A stretch of 64,000 bases of DNA from an uncultured Gemmatimonadales bacterium (GCA_963793305.1 CAWBZV010000005.1:1152001-1216000); one strand, 5' to 3'; shown: positions 1 through 12,716, numbered from the stretch's first letter. Numbers and translations: made by a program. The notes: generated by a model from the sequence alone, not told the origin.

Positions 1-539
1 AGGTTGCGGGCGCGATCGCCGATCCGATCCTCACGGAAGTGGCGCTCGTCCTCAACGAACGGCTCGCGGGGCTGACGCTCCGGGAGATCCGCGCCTCGCT
101 CGTCTCGCGCCTGCGCGACACGGTGCCGTCTGAAGAGGCGGGCCAGCTGTTGAACATCTTCGTGCAAGGTGCCGACTCGATGTTCGACGCCCCGCTCGCC
201 ACCGACAATGATGTCGTGCTCGGCGCGGCGTCGGTGCTCGCCGAGCAGCCGGAGTTCGCCTCGGGCGATAGCCTGCGCCGGCTGATCGCGCTGACCGAGA
301 CGCGTGCGTCTCTGTCCGAGCTGCTGCGCAAGCGCTCGACGGGTGGCGGCATCACGATCACGATCGGGAATGAGCACGCCGATCCGCGACTCGACAACTT
401 GACGATCGTGACCGCCGAGTACCGCGCGGGTCCGCTCGGTGGCGTGATCGGTGTGATCGGCCCGACGCGGATGCCGTACGAGAAGGTGATTTCGCTCGTG
501 AGTCACACGTCGCAGATGATCTCCGCGCTGTTCGCTTGA
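1..539 (+). CDS. hrcA: Heat-inducible transcription repressor HrcA (5'-truncated by window edge)
   Basis: C-terminal GVIGVIGPTRMPYEKVI motif; directly upstream of dnaJ. Confidence 0.95.
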   Translation, partial: VAGAIADPILTEVALVLNERLAGLTLREIRASLVSRLRDTVPSEEAGQLLNIFVQGADSMFDAPLATDNDVVLGAASVLAEQPEFASGDSLRRLIALTETRASLSELLRKRSTGGGITITIGNEHADPRLDNLTIVTAEYRAGPLGGVIGVIGPTRMPYEKVISLVSHTSQMISALFA

Positions 540-547
540 GGACTGCT

Positions 548-1678
548 GTGGCCGATTTCTACTCCGTGCTCGGAGTAACGCGAACCGCGTCCGACGACGA
601 GATCAAGAAAGCCTATCGCAAGCTCGCCATGCAGTATCATCCCGACCGCAACAACGGGTCGAAGGATGCCGAGGAGCAGTTCAAGGCGATCAGCGAGGCC
701 TACGACGTCCTGCGCGACCCCAACAAGCGCGCGGTCTACGATCGCTACGGCGAAGCCGGCCTGCGGGGCGGCGGCGGTGGCGGATACCACCACGTCGACC
801 TGTCCGAAGCGCTCAGCATGTTCATGCGCGACTTCGGCGGCCTGGGCGGGTTCAGCGACCTATTCGGCACCGGTCGTGGCCAGAGCAACCGCACCGGAGC
901 GGATGTCAAAGTCCAGATCGACCTCACGCTGAGCGAGGTCGCGTCGGGCATCGACAAGACGCTCACCATGAAGCTCCTCGACGCGTGCGACAAGTGTAAC
1001 GGCAACGGCGCCGAGCCGGGCACGACGCCGCAACGCTGCGCGACGTGCGGTGGCAGCGGGGAAGTGCGCCGCGCCCAGCGCTCGTTCTTTGGCCAGTTCG
1101 TGAGCGTCGCGCCGTGCCCGACATGCGGCGGCGAGGGCACGGTCGTGTCGACGCCGTGCAAGAAGTGCCGTGGCGACGGTCGCGTGCGCGCCGAGAAGAC
1201 GTTGACGATCCGCGTACCGGCGGGCGTCGCCACGGGTCAGTACATGACGCTTCGCGGCCGCGGCAACGCGGGTCCGCGCGGCGGCGAGCGTGGCGATGTC
1301 ATCGCCATTTTCAACGTGCAGGATGACCCGCGGTTCGAGCGTGACGGCGATGATCTCTACAGCGAGGTCTTGGTCTCCTACCCGCAGCTCGTCTTCGGCG
1401 CGGACCTCGACGTGCCGACGGTCACGGGGACGGTCGGCCTCCGTGTGCCGCCATCGACACACAGCGGGCACGTGTTCCACATCCGCGGCAAGGGGCTCCC
1501 GCGCGTGAACGCCACGGGTATGGGTGACCTGCACGTCCGCGTGCAGCTCTGGACGCCCGATGCACTCACGCGCGATGAGGAGGCGCTGATCCGCAAGCTC
1601 GCCGAGGTCGAGTCGAAGCCTCCGCAGACTCGCGCCAAAGGGTTTTGGACGAAGATGAAAGAAGCGCTGGGCGCGTGA
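548..1678 (+). CDS. dnaJ: Chaperone DnaJ
   Basis: J-domain HPD, four CxxCxGxG repeats; GTG start at 548 after GAGGA. Confidence 0.97.
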   Translation: MADFYSVLGVTRTASDDEIKKAYRKLAMQYHPDRNNGSKDAEEQFKAISEAYDVLRDPNKRAVYDRYGEAGLRGGGGGGYHHVDLSEALSMFMRDFGGLGGFSDLFGTGRGQSNRTGADVKVQIDLTLSEVASGIDKTLTMKLLDACDKCNGNGAEPGTTPQRCATCGGSGEVRRAQRSFFGQFVSVAPCPTCGGEGTVVSTPCKKCRGDGRVRAEKTLTIRVPAGVATGQYMTLRGRGNAGPRGGERGDVIAIFNVQDDPRFERDGDDLYSEVLVSYPQLVFGADLDVPTVTGTVGLRVPPSTHSGHVFHIRGKGLPRVNATGMGDLHVRVQLWTPDALTRDEEALIRKLAEVESKPPQTRAKGFWTKMKEALGA

Positions 1679-2478
1679 CCTGGTTTTCGGTGCGCGTTTG
1701 GCCCGATGAGGCCACGCGCGACGCCGTGACCCAGGTGCTGTTCGATCACGGTTGCGCGGCGCTCCAAGACGATGGCCCATCGATCGTCACCTGCTTCCCC
1801 GAAGAACAGATCGCGGCGCTCCGTGCGGCGATCGCTCCGGAGGTCCGCGTTGAGATCGCGGCGATCGCAGACGTTGACTGGTCGGAGCGCTGGAAGGACC
1901 AGCTCCACGCGCACCGTATCGGTTCGCTGACGATCGCCCCGCCATGGCTGGCCACCCCGGGCGCAATTGTCATTGAGCCGGCGATGGCGTTCGGTACCGG
2001 CGACCACCCCACCACGCGCGGCATGCTGCACCTGATGCAGAGGGTAATTCGCCGCGGCGATTTGGTCGCCGACCTCGGCGCCGGCAGCGCGGTCTTGTCG
2101 ATCGCCGCTGCGATGCTCGGGGCGTCGCGAGTCGCGGCGATCGAGATCGACGCCGAGGCGATAAGCAACGCCGAGCTCAACGTGCGCCACAATGGTGCCG
2201 ACGACCGCGTGCAAGTGCTTCAGGGCGACGCCGCGCTACTGCTCCCACTCCTCGCGCCAGTTCGTGTTGTCCTCGCAAATATTATTTCTTCAGTCCTCGT
2301 GGAACTCTTGCCCACGATGGACGCGAGTCTCACCGCCAATGGCGCGATGATCGTCAGCGGCGTGTTGCGCGCGGAGCGCGCACACATGCTGTCCGTATTC
2401 GAGTCCGCTGGCTGGCTGCTGGCCGATGAGACCACCGAGGCCGACTGGTGGAGCGCGAGTTTCGAGCGAGCCACATGA
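1675..2478 (+). CDS. prmA: Ribosomal protein L11 methyltransferase
   Basis: IEPAMAFGTGDHPTT, DLGAGSAVLSIAA; GTGA overlap with dnaJ stop. Confidence 0.92.
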   Translation: MTWFSVRVWPDEATRDAVTQVLFDHGCAALQDDGPSIVTCFPEEQIAALRAAIAPEVRVEIAAIADVDWSERWKDQLHAHRIGSLTIAPPWLATPGAIVIEPAMAFGTGDHPTTRGMLHLMQRVIRRGDLVADLGAGSAVLSIAAAMLGASRVAAIEIDAEAISNAELNVRHNGADDRVQVLQGDAALLLPLLAPVRVVLANIISSVLVELLPTMDASLTANGAMIVSGVLRAERAHMLSVFESAGWLLADETTEADWWSASFERAT

Positions 2479-3180
2479 TCGGGCTATTCACCCAGGGCCC
2501 GTTCACCGTCGGCGAAACGGTCACCGTCGAAGACGCGGCAACCCACCACCTGCGCGTGCGACGCGCCACGATGGGCAACGCGATCGCCCTCTACGACGGC
2601 GCGGGCACAACCGCCGAAGGCCAGCTGACACTGTTGACGACCCACCGGGCGGTGGTCTCGATTACCTCCGTCCGCCATATCGACGCGCCACCGGCGGTCC
2701 ACCTGCTCGTACCGATCGCCGACCGCGATCGAATGCTCTGGCTCGCCGAGAAGGCCACCGAGCTGGGACTCACGTCCTGGCGCGCCGTGAACTGGCGCCG
2801 CTCGCGCAGCGTGTCGCCACGCGGCGAGGGCCCGTCGTTCGCCGCCAAAGTGCGTGCCCGGATGTGCGCCGCCATCGAACAGTCCGGCAATCCCTGGCTG
2901 CCGACGGTCGAGCCAGAACGTCGACCCGGCGGTCGCGGCAACCGAATCCTCAGGCGCCCGTTACGTGCTGGCCGCCGGTGCCCCACTGATGGCGAGCCCA
3001 CTCACGGCACCGCTCACGCTCGCCCTCGGCCCCGAGGGTGGAATCGAGGACGACGAGGCGGCACTCTTCGAGCGCTCCGGCTTCATCCCGGTATCCGTCG
3101 GAGCACACACGTTACGGTTCGAGACCGCCGGCGTCGTCGCCCTCGGCCTCGCCCGCGCCCTGCTGGAGCACACGCGATGA
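2475..3180 (+). CDS. rsmE: 16S rRNA m3U1498 methyltransferase RsmE, frameshifted near 2918
   Basis: HHLRVRR, EKATELG, AIEQSG in one frame; LGPEGG...LRFETA in a second frame ending 3180. Confidence 0.88.
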
Positions 3181-3524
3181 GTGATGAGGCGACCTGCCTG
3201 TTCTGCCGGATCGTGCGCCACGAGATCCCGGCACAGATCGTCAGCGAGACCCCGGACACGATCGCTTTCCGCGACATCAACCCGCAGGCGCCGCAGCACA
3301 TTCTCGTGATCCCGCGCCGTCACGTCGCGAATCTGAACGCGCTCGATGACCCGGCCCTGGTCGGCAAGCTCGCCGCCGCCGCGACGGATATCGCCCGCAA
3401 GGAAGGTTTCGCCGACAGCGGTTATCGCATTGTGATCAACACACTCGCCGACGGCGGCCAAACGGTCGACCATCTCCATCTGCACGTACTCGGCGGCCGC
3501 CACATGAAGTGGCCGCCGGGATAG
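3177..3524 (+). CDS. Histidine triad (HIT) nucleotide-binding protein
   Basis: CLFCRI, AFRDINPQAPQH, GQTVDHLHLHVLGGR; ATGA overlap with rsmE. Confidence 0.93.
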   Translation: MSDEATCLFCRIVRHEIPAQIVSETPDTIAFRDINPQAPQHILVIPRRHVANLNALDDPALVGKLAAAATDIARKEGFADSGYRIVINTLADGGQTVDHLHLHVLGGRHMKWPPG

Positions 3525-3613
3525 TCCGCTACTTCACGAGCGCCTCGAAGGCGGCCACTTCATGCATCGGTTGGACTAACGCGTCGGCTGGCGCCGATCG
3601 CGGGGCCCCCGGG

Positions 3614-4420
3614 CTAGAGCGTTATCAGTGCGAGCTCGGGTCGCGACCCGACGCGCAGAGGAATGCCCGAATTCCCGAGCCCGCGACTGACGTACATGGC
3701 ATGCCCGTTGGGCCCAGCGTACCAGCCTTTGACATAGGGCCCGCTGCCCTCGGGCACAAAGACGGCCAGGCCGAACGGCGCGATCTGCCCACCGTGCGTA
3801 TGCCCGGAGAGCACGAGCGCGGGCCGGGTGGCCGCTTGCGCCACGGCGTCGAACGTGACCGGGCAATGGGACATCACGACGGTTCTCGCGCTGCCAGACG
3901 GCAGCCGCTGCAGCAGCCCGTAATCGGGCAAGCCAGCTCGCCAGTCATCGAGGCCAACGAGATCGACGGGCGCGCCGCCGATGTTGAGCCTCAGCGTCTC
4001 GTTGACGAGCAGCCGCACACCCGCGTGCTCGTAATGCCGCTTGAGCGCGCCGAGATCGCAGAGCCCTTGGTACTCCCAATTTCCAAGCGTCGCATACTTG
4101 CCGAGCGGCGCATCGATTGCCCCGTAGAACTCGACATGATGCTCACGCCCTCGCTGATCCACGGCATCGCCGGCAATCGCGATGACATCGGGCTTGAATG
4201 CCTGAACGGCCGCAATCAACCGTTTGCCTTCGACATAGTCGTGCGGCGAATGCATGTCCGTCAGCAGCGCGAGCCGTAAAGGCGGCGCTCCGGGTGCCAT
4301 CGGATGCCCGTGGGTCGTCACCTCCAGCTCGTTGGAGGAGGCGCCGTACAGGGCGCCTAGCGCTCCAGCCGTTCCGAGCGCGGCCGTGCCCAGGAAGCGG
4401 CGCCGTGACAGATCAGGCAT
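3614..4420 (-). CDS. Calcineurin-like metallophosphoesterase with twin-arginine-like N-terminus
   Basis: DMH, GD, GNWE, SH, SGHTHGGQ, SRGLG motifs; SRRRFL at N-terminus. Confidence 0.88.
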   Translation of the reverse strand: MPDLSRRRFLGTAALGTAGALGALYGASSNELEVTTHGHPMAPGAPPLRLALLTDMHSPHDYVEGKRLIAAVQAFKPDVIAIAGDAVDQRGREHHVEFYGAIDAPLGKYATLGNWEYQGLCDLGALKRHYEHAGVRLLVNETLRLNIGGAPVDLVGLDDWRAGLPDYGLLQRLPSGSARTVVMSHCPVTFDAVAQAATRPALVLSGHTHGGQIAPFGLAVFVPEGSGPYVKGWYAGPNGHAMYVSRGLGNSGIPLRVGSRPELALITL

Positions 4421-4503
4421 ACGGGAATATAGCTTGACATGCGTTCTCGGAACTGATTTATTTCAAGGCAGTTAGGTCACTTCATCAAATAGGGGAATTG
4501 CGT

Positions 4504-4692
4504 TTGTCAGAAGTAATTATTCACGACGACGAGAACTTCGAGCGCGCCTTGAAGCGCTTCAAGAAGAAGTGCGAGAAGGCGGGCATTCTTTCAGACCTCC
4601 GGAAGCACCGGCACTATGAGAAGCCGAGCGAACGCCGCAAGCGGAAGATGAACGCGGCGATGCGCAAAAACCGGCGGACTCGGCACGCCTGA
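4504..4692 (+). CDS. rpsU: 30S ribosomal protein bS21
   Basis: [34 protein letters not shown] start 4504 after AGGGGAA. Confidence 0.96.
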   Translation: MSEVIIHDDENFERALKRFKKKCEKAGILSDLRKHRHYEKPSERRKRKMNAAMRKNRRTRHA

Positions 4693-4699
4693 GGCGCGC

Positions 4700-5143
4700 G
4701 TGGCCGAGCTAACGGCGCGGCTACAGTCGGATCTCAACGCCGCGCGCAAAGCGCAGGACAAACCAGGGACGTTGCTCTTGAGCACGATCCTGGCTGACGT
4801 CAAGAACCGCCGAATCGAGCTGGGCCGTGACCCTAGCGACAATGAAGTGGCTGACGTGCTACGCAAAGGCATCAAGCGACGCCGCGAGGCGATCGAGCTG
4901 TACGATAAGGGCAATCGCCCGGAGCTCGCCGAGAAGGAGCGCGTCGAGGTGCGCTCTCTCGAGAAGTATCTGCCCGCGCAGGTCGATCCGGCCGAGCTCC
5001 GAGAGGCCATACGGGCCGCGATAGCGGCCGGCGCGACGAATATCGGGGCGGTGATGGGAAAGGTGGTTCCGCAGTATAAAGGACGCGCGGAAGGCAGCGT
5101 CCTCTCCGCCATTGCGCGCGAGGAGCTCGCCGCCCGGGGGTGA
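4700..5143 (+). CDS. GatB/YqeY domain protein
   Basis: DLNAARKAQDK..., ELAEKERVEV..LEKYLPAQ, IGAVMGKV; rpsU-yqeY synteny. Confidence 0.9.
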   Translation: MAELTARLQSDLNAARKAQDKPGTLLLSTILADVKNRRIELGRDPSDNEVADVLRKGIKRRREAIELYDKGNRPELAEKERVEVRSLEKYLPAQVDPAELREAIRAAIAAGATNIGAVMGKVVPQYKGRAEGSVLSAIAREELAARG

Positions 5144-7542
5144 ACGCCCATGCGCTGGGCGTGCTGGAGTTGCCGCGCGTCCTCGAGCTTGTCGCCCAGC
5201 GCGCAACGTCGGACCTCGGCGCCGCCCGCGTACGCTCAGCCTCGCCCAATCCCGATCGGTCGTGGATCGAGCGCGAGCAAACCCGTATCGTCGCCGTTCG
5301 CGCGCTCATCACCGCCGACCACCCTTGGTCGCCCGAACCGATCCCGGATCTCACGTCCGCGCTGGCTCGCCTTCGCATCGAAGGCACCTCGTGGTTGGGG
5401 TCGGAATTATTATCGGGCGCCGTCTTACTGCGATCCTCCCGTCTTACACGCCATGCTCTCGTAGATGCTCGCATAGTATTGGCCGATTTCGCCGAGCGGA
5501 TGGTCGTAGCGCCAGACCAGGAAAAATCGATCGCGCGTGCCATCAATGACGATGGAGCCGTACGCGATGGTGCGTCGCCGCTCCTCGCCAGGCTGCGCCG
5601 AGATCTCAAGGGAGCACAGCTTGAGCTGATCCGCTTGCTGGAGCGGATCATGTCGCGCTTGGATCCTGGCCAACAAGTCGCCGACGGCTCGGTGACGATG
5701 CGCAACGGCCGCTACGTCATCCCGGTGCGCCGCGGCGGTCAGGTGTCGGTCGGCGGGATCGTGCACGACACGTCGTCGACCGGCGCGACGTTGTTTGTGG
5801 AACCGCCGGCAGCCGTCGAAGCAGGAAACCGCATCCGCGAGATGGAAGCCGACGAGGCCCGCGAAGTCGAACGCGTGCTTCGTGAGCTGACGGATGCGTT
5901 ACGACCGCTGCATGCCGCGCTCGTGGATGCGCTCGACGCGCTCGTGGAGCTCGACACCCTGGCGGCCCGCGCGCGCTACGCGATCGACTTCAACTGCGCG
6001 ACCCCGGATCTGGCGGAACCGGAAGCGGGGATGACCATCCGCGACGGTCGCCATCCGTTGCTGCTGGCACAGGGGATCCCGGTCGTCCCGTTCGACCTCG
6101 AGATGGCCCCGAATGAGCGCACGCTACTGCTATCGGGCCCGAACACCGGTGGGAAAACCGTGCTGCTCAAATCCGTCGGCCTCTTCTCGGCGATGGTGAG
6201 CACCGGGCTCCCGGCCCCTGTCGGCCCGGAGAGCCGCGTCCCGCTCTACGATGAGATCTTCGCCGATATCGGCGACGAGCAGTCGATCGCCGCGAGCCTC
6301 TCGACATTCAGCGCGCACGTCAAGAACTTGGGCGACATATTGGCGCATGCCACCGCGCGCTCCCTCGTGCTGATCGACGAGCTCGGCTCCGGCACCGACC
6401 CCATCGAGGGCGCCGCGCTCGGCGGCGCCGTGCTCGAGGATCTCACGGGCCGCGGGACGATGACGCTCGCCACGACGCACCTGGGCGCGCTCAAGGACCT
6501 CGCGTCGGAAGTCTCCGGCGTGGTCAACGCGTCATTGCAGTTCAACGTCGCCAAGCTCGAGCCGACCTATCGCTTGCAAAAGGGCGTGCCGGGTCGCTCG
6601 TACGGCCTCAGCATCGCCCGGCGGCTGCAACTCCCGGATGTCGTACTGGCCCGCGCCGAGGAGCGAGTGCCGCGCGCCGAGCGCGATGTCGACGCCCTGC
6701 TCGCGGATCTGGAGCGTCGGGACGCGATGCTCGCCGAGCAAGAGGCCCACGCGGCCGAGCTGATCGCCGGCGCCGAGTCCCGGTTCTCGCGCCTAGAAGC
6801 CCGCGAGCAGGCGGTGCGCGACCGCGAGCGGGATGTCTCGCGGAGTGCCCACGAAGACGCGCGGCAATACATTCTCCGCGCCCGCCGCGAAATCGACCGC
6901 GTGGTCTCCGAGCTCCGTGCCGCCGCAACGCCTGACGCGATCCGCTCGGCGCGCCGGCAAATCGAGTCGCTCGCCACTGACCACGCGGACGCCACTGCCG
7001 ACGCCGACGCCAGTGACCACGCGCCATTCGATGGTTCACCGGAAGGCACCCCGGAGGGCACTCCGTCGTCGTCCCGCCGTCCTTCACGCGAGGCGCCGAA
7101 GGCGCCGAGCGTGGGATCCTGGGTGGAGCTCGGCACACTAGGCGGTCGCCTGGGCCGAGTCCTGGAGCTACGCCAAGACGATGCCGTCGTAGCCGTTGGC
7201 TCACTCAAGATGACGGTACCACTTGCCACGCTGCGCCCATCGCGCCAGACCGCGCCGGTGGAGACAGTGCCGGTGCTGCCCAATGTACTGGAAGCCCCTG
7301 CGGCGCCCGAGGTCGACCTGCGTGGGATGCGAGTAGACGAAGCCGAGGAGCAGGTGATGTACGCCTTGGACGCCGCAATCCGCGCCGACCTCCCGTCGCT
7401 CCGAGTGATCCACGGAAAGGGCACCGGCGCGCTCCGCGAGCGCGTGGCGGAGATGCTCCGCAAGGATTCTCGCGTCAAGCACTTCCGCCTCGGCGCCTGG
7501 AACGAGGGCGGCGCAGGCGTGACGATCGCGGAGCTCGCGTGA
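5140..7542 (+). CDS. mutS2: Endonuclease MutS2
   Basis: GPNTGGKT, DIGDEQSI..SLSTFSAH, DELGSGTDP, C-terminal Smr IHGKGTGAL. Confidence 0.95.
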   Translation: MNAHALGVLELPRVLELVAQRATSDLGAARVRSASPNPDRSWIEREQTRIVAVRALITADHPWSPEPIPDLTSALARLRIEGTSWLGSELLSGAVLLRSSRLTRHALVDARIVLADFAERMVVAPDQEKSIARAINDDGAVRDGASPLLARLRRDLKGAQLELIRLLERIMSRLDPGQQVADGSVTMRNGRYVIPVRRGGQVSVGGIVHDTSSTGATLFVEPPAAVEAGNRIREMEADEAREVERVLRELTDALRPLHAALVDALDALVELDTLAARARYAIDFNCATPDLAEPEAGMTIRDGRHPLLLAQGIPVVPFDLEMAPNERTLLLSGPNTGGKTVLLKSVGLFSAMVSTGLPAPVGPESRVPLYDEIFADIGDEQSIAASLSTFSAHVKNLGDILAHATARSLVLIDELGSGTDPIEGAALGGAVLEDLTGRGTMTLATTHLGALKDLASEVSGVVNASLQFNVAKLEPTYRLQKGVPGRSYGLSIARRLQLPDVVLARAEERVPRAERDVDALLADLERRDAMLAEQEAHAAELIAGAESRFSRLEAREQAVRDRERDVSRSAHEDARQYILRARREIDRVVSELRAAATPDAIRSARRQIESLATDHADATADADASDHAPFDGSPEGTPEGTPSSSRRPSREAPKAPSVGSWVELGTLGGRLGRVLELRQDDAVVAVGSLKMTVPLATLRPSRQTAPVETVPVLPNVLEAPAAPEVDLRGMRVDEAEEQVMYALDAAIRADLPSLRVIHGKGTGALRERVAEMLRKDSRVKHFRLGAWNEGGAGVTIAELA

Positions 7543-9293
7543 CGCGCGAGGAAGTGAGGGAACGCGTTCGCGAGGCCTCGGATATCGTTCAGATCATCGG
7601 CGAGTCGGTCTCCCTCAAACGCCAGGGCAACACGTACCGCGGCCCATGCCCATTTCACAATGGGAAGGACCGGAATTTCACGGTCTGGCCGAAGTCCGGC
7701 GTTTACAAGTGCTTCGTGTGCCACGAGAGCGGCGATGTCTTCAGCTTCCTGCAGAAGCGTCTCGGGATGGATTTCCCGAGCGCCCTCAAGTCGGTCGCCG
7801 AGAAGTCGGGCATCGATCTTCCGCGTTCCGATCCACATGGCTCGGCGGCCCCGGACTCTCGCGAGCCACTCTGGGAGACTCTCGCCGTCGCCGCGGACCA
7901 CTTCTCCCGACTGTTATGGGATGATCCGGCTGCCGAGGCGGCGCGCGCGTATCTGGCCTCGCGCCAGATCGATCGCGCCACGGCCGACCGATTCGGCCTT
8001 GGTTACGCGGCCGATGGCGAACGGGTGTTGTCCCACCTCCGAAGCCTCGGATTCGATGATGCGCGCCTGACCGAGGTCGGTCTCCGCACGGTCGGGGATG
8101 AGGAGCGAAAACCAGCCCCGCGCTTCTGGCACCGCCTCATGATCCCGATCCACGATGCCTCGGGACATGTCGTGGGGTTCGGCGGCCGGACGCTCGGCGC
8201 CGCGAAGCCCAAGTACCTCAACTCGCCCGATTCGCCGATTTTCTCGAAGAGCAAGCTGTTATACGGGTTCTACGCCGCAAAGCTCGCTATGCGGCGAGAA
8301 GCCAAGGCCATCCTGGTCGAGGGGTACTTCGACCTGATTCGTGTCGCCACGGCGGGGATCGACTATGTGGTCGCGTCCATGGGGACGGCGTTGACGGAGC
8401 CCCAGGCCCAGTTGCTGGCGCGTTACACTCGGCAAGTCATGATCGCGTATGACAGCGATCGTCCAGGTCTCGAAGCCACATTTCGTTCCGCCGATGCCTT
8501 GCTGGAACATGGCGTTCGGGTCCGCGTCGTGACATTGCCGCCTGGAGAGGACCCAGACAGCTTCGTCGCCAAGCACTCTCGCGCGGATTTCGAGGCTCAA
8601 CTCGCTCAGGCCCTCGACGTATTCGATCGGAAGGTGCAACTTGCGGAACGCGGCGGATGGTTTGCCGATCTTGGCAAGAAGCGCCGCGCGATCGACAAGT
8701 TGTTGCCGACCATTCGCGTGACGGCTGATCCAATCACTCAACAACTCTATGTTGGCCGACTGGCCGAGGCATCGGGCGTCAGCGCTGATGTCTTATGGCG
8801 AGAGATCGGCGTGACCCCTGACCCAGTCACGGTCCCGCGCCAGAATCCTCCTCGCGCCGGCCGCTCGTCACTACAGGCGCGGTCGGGATCGATCCCCGGC
8901 CTCAACTCGGAGCGTTGGCTCGTCCAGTATCTCCTCGCCGCTCGCTCGCTGTTGGAGTCCGTGGCGCCCCGCGTGGACGTGTCGATGCTGCGCGACCCGG
9001 CGTCCCGGGCCATTTACGGCGCGCTTCGCGCCGCCGGACCGGACGCGACCTTGGACGAGCTGACGAAGAATTTGTCGCCGGATGAGATTGCGCTGGTGCA
9101 AGAGATGCAGGCAAAAGGAACCATGGGCGCCAACCCGACCGTCGCGGTCGAGCAATGCATCGCCAAGCTCCACGAGCGGGCGATCAATGAGCAAGCGCGC
9201 GAGATCGATGAGAAGATCAAGTACGCAAGTGAAGCGCAGAAGACCGAATTGACGAAAGAGAAAACCCGGTTACGGAGGCGTGGTGCACCCTGA
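7539..9293 (+). CDS. dnaG: DNA primase
   Basis: CPFH...CFVC zinc finger, GFGGR, KYLNSP, VEGYFD, DSDRPG TOPRIM. Confidence 0.96.
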   Translation: MTREEVRERVREASDIVQIIGESVSLKRQGNTYRGPCPFHNGKDRNFTVWPKSGVYKCFVCHESGDVFSFLQKRLGMDFPSALKSVAEKSGIDLPRSDPHGSAAPDSREPLWETLAVAADHFSRLLWDDPAAEAARAYLASRQIDRATADRFGLGYAADGERVLSHLRSLGFDDARLTEVGLRTVGDEERKPAPRFWHRLMIPIHDASGHVVGFGGRTLGAAKPKYLNSPDSPIFSKSKLLYGFYAAKLAMRREAKAILVEGYFDLIRVATAGIDYVVASMGTALTEPQAQLLARYTRQVMIAYDSDRPGLEATFRSADALLEHGVRVRVVTLPPGEDPDSFVAKHSRADFEAQLAQALDVFDRKVQLAERGGWFADLGKKRRAIDKLLPTIRVTADPITQQLYVGRLAEASGVSADVLWREIGVTPDPVTVPRQNPPRAGRSSLQARSGSIPGLNSERWLVQYLLAARSLLESVAPRVDVSMLRDPASRAIYGALRAAGPDATLDELTKNLSPDEIALVQEMQAKGTMGANPTVAVEQCIAKLHERAINEQAREIDEKIKYASEAQKTELTKEKTRLRRRGAP

Positions 9294-10008
9294 TGTAATT
9301 GCGCTACTCGCGTTGCAGGCCGACGATGCGGCGATTCTGGAGCTCGAGGAGCGGATGGCGGCGCTCGAACCGCGCGCGAAGGCGCTCGATGAGGCGCGCC
9401 GCAAGGCGCTCGACGCGGCGCAGCGGTCGCACACGGCGGTCGACGATGAGGAAAAGCGCCGCCGCGACCTCCACGCGCGCATTACCCAGCACAAGCAGCT
9501 GCACGAGCGCAACGTCGCCCAGCTCGACGCGGTGAAGAAGGTGAAGGAAGCCACCGCGGCGATGTCTCAGGTCGAACAGGCGCGGCGTATCCTCGCCGAG
9601 GAAGAGAGCGAGCTCGCGACGTTGTCGCGCCGGATCACCGAGCTCACCACCGTCCGCGACAACCACGAGCACGCGCTCGCGGATCTCGACCACCGGCACG
9701 CCGAGGATCGGGCGTCGATCGCGTCGCAGCGCGCCGAGATCGAGGCCGCGTTGACGACCGCGCGCGCCGCGCGATCCGACAAGGCCGCCGGCGTCAACCG
9801 ACCCCTCCTCGCGAAGTACGACCGTATCCGATCGGTCCGGAAACGGGGCGCATTGTTTTCGCTGCGCGGCCCGTCGTGCGGGAACTGCGATACGAGCGTG
9901 CCGATGCAGCGTCGGAACCTCATGGCCGCGCGCGGCAACATCGAAGTATGCGAGCAGTGTGGTGTGCTGCTCTATGCCGACGTGGCGTCTGCAGAAGGAG
10001 CCGCCTAG
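9280..10008 (+). CDS. Coiled-coil protein with C4 zinc ribbon (DUF164-like)
   Basis: Long coiled coil followed by CGNC...CEQCG. Confidence 0.8.
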   Translation: MVHPDVIALLALQADDAAILELEERMAALEPRAKALDEARRKALDAAQRSHTAVDDEEKRRRDLHARITQHKQLHERNVAQLDAVKKVKEATAAMSQVEQARRILAEEESELATLSRRITELTTVRDNHEHALADLDHRHAEDRASIASQRAEIEAALTTARAARSDKAAGVNRPLLAKYDRIRSVRKRGALFSLRGPSCGNCDTSVPMQRRNLMAARGNIEVCEQCGVLLYADVASAEGAA

Positions 10009-10017
10009 CTTCCGCGC

Positions 10018-11713
<1,696 letters not shown>

Positions 11714-11733
<20 letters not shown>

Positions 11734-12237
11734 GTGGCGAGGTCGCGTGATCGCCGCTCCACCGGGCGACGCCGTGCGTCCCACCACGGACCGCGTGCGC
11801 GAGGCGTGGATGAGCATCGTGCAACCCTGGCTCCCCGGCGCCCGCGTCGTCGACCTCTTCGCCGGCTCCGGTGCGCTCGGCCTCGAAGCCCTGTCCCGCG
11901 GAGCCATCTCCTGCGACTTCGTCGAATCGTCTCCGAAAAGTCTGGTCGCACTGCAAGCGAACATCGCGAAGCTCGATGCGTCTGCCTCGTTCACCGAGTC
12001 CACCGTATGGACGCCGTGAAGTACGCGTTCATACGAGCCGAAGGCGAGTATGACGTGGGATTCGCCGATCCACCATACGACCGTGGCCTGGCGCCGGCGC
12101 TCGCTGAGCGCTGGCTCGAGGTGCCGTTCGCAACGGTCCTGGGCATCGAACACTCGGTGCGTGAGGAGTTGCCGCCGAGTGGTGAGACGAGACGGTACGG
12201 GACGACGGCCATAACTTTCTACGGACTGCTCCGATGA
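11714..12237 (+). CDS. rsmD: 16S rRNA m2G966 methyltransferase RsmD, frameshifted near 11990
   Basis: RIVAGEWRGR, RPTTDRVREA, DLFAGSGALGLEALSRGA in one frame; FADPPY...RRYGTT in another. Confidence 0.9.
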
Positions 12238-12716
12238 ACGTCACGGGCATTTACGCTGGCAGCTTCGACCCGATCACTCGGGGCCACGAAGACTTGATGC
12301 GACGGAGCCTCGAATTCGTGGACCGCTTGGTGGTCGCGGTCGCCGTGAACTCCTCGAAGCAACCGCTGTTCACGATCGACGAACGCCTGGAGTTGATCCG
12401 CGCGGCCGTCGCCGACGAGCCACGGATCGAGGTCCGCCAATTCCCGGGCCTCTTGGTCGACTTCGCCACGTCGGTTGGAGCCCGGATCGTGATCCGGGGT
12501 CTAAGGGCGGTAAGCGATTTCGAGTACGAATTTCAGATGGCGCTCATGAACCGGCACTTATCCGGGCACTTAGAGACGGTTTTCATGGTTCCTTCGCTGG
12601 ATATGACCTACGTCAGCTCCAGTATCGTCCGCGAGGTCGCCCGCTACGGTGGCGACGTCTCGGCGCTCGTGCACCCCCGCGTGGCCGAGGCCATGCGGCG
12701 CAAGTTCGCCCAGTGA
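12234..12716 (+). CDS. coaD: Phosphopantetheine adenylyltransferase
   Basis: GSFDPITRGH, RGLRAVSDFEYE, VSSSIVREV. Confidence 0.96.
   Translation: MNVTGIYAGSFDPITRGHEDLMRRSLEFVDRLVVAVAVNSSKQPLFTIDERLELIRAAVADEPRIEVRQFPGLLVDFATSVGARIVIRGLRAVSDFEYEFQMALMNRHLSGHLETVFMVPSLDMTYVSSSIVREVARYGGDVSALVHPRVAEAMRRKFAQ

Noticed and set aside
2448..3524. RsmE-HIT fusion in the ORF track
   Set aside because: Artefact of the rsmE frameshift; HIT has its own ATG at 3177.
7039..7065. 12-bp repeat (PEGT x2) in the MutS2 linker
   Set aside because: Ordinary low-complexity linker variation.
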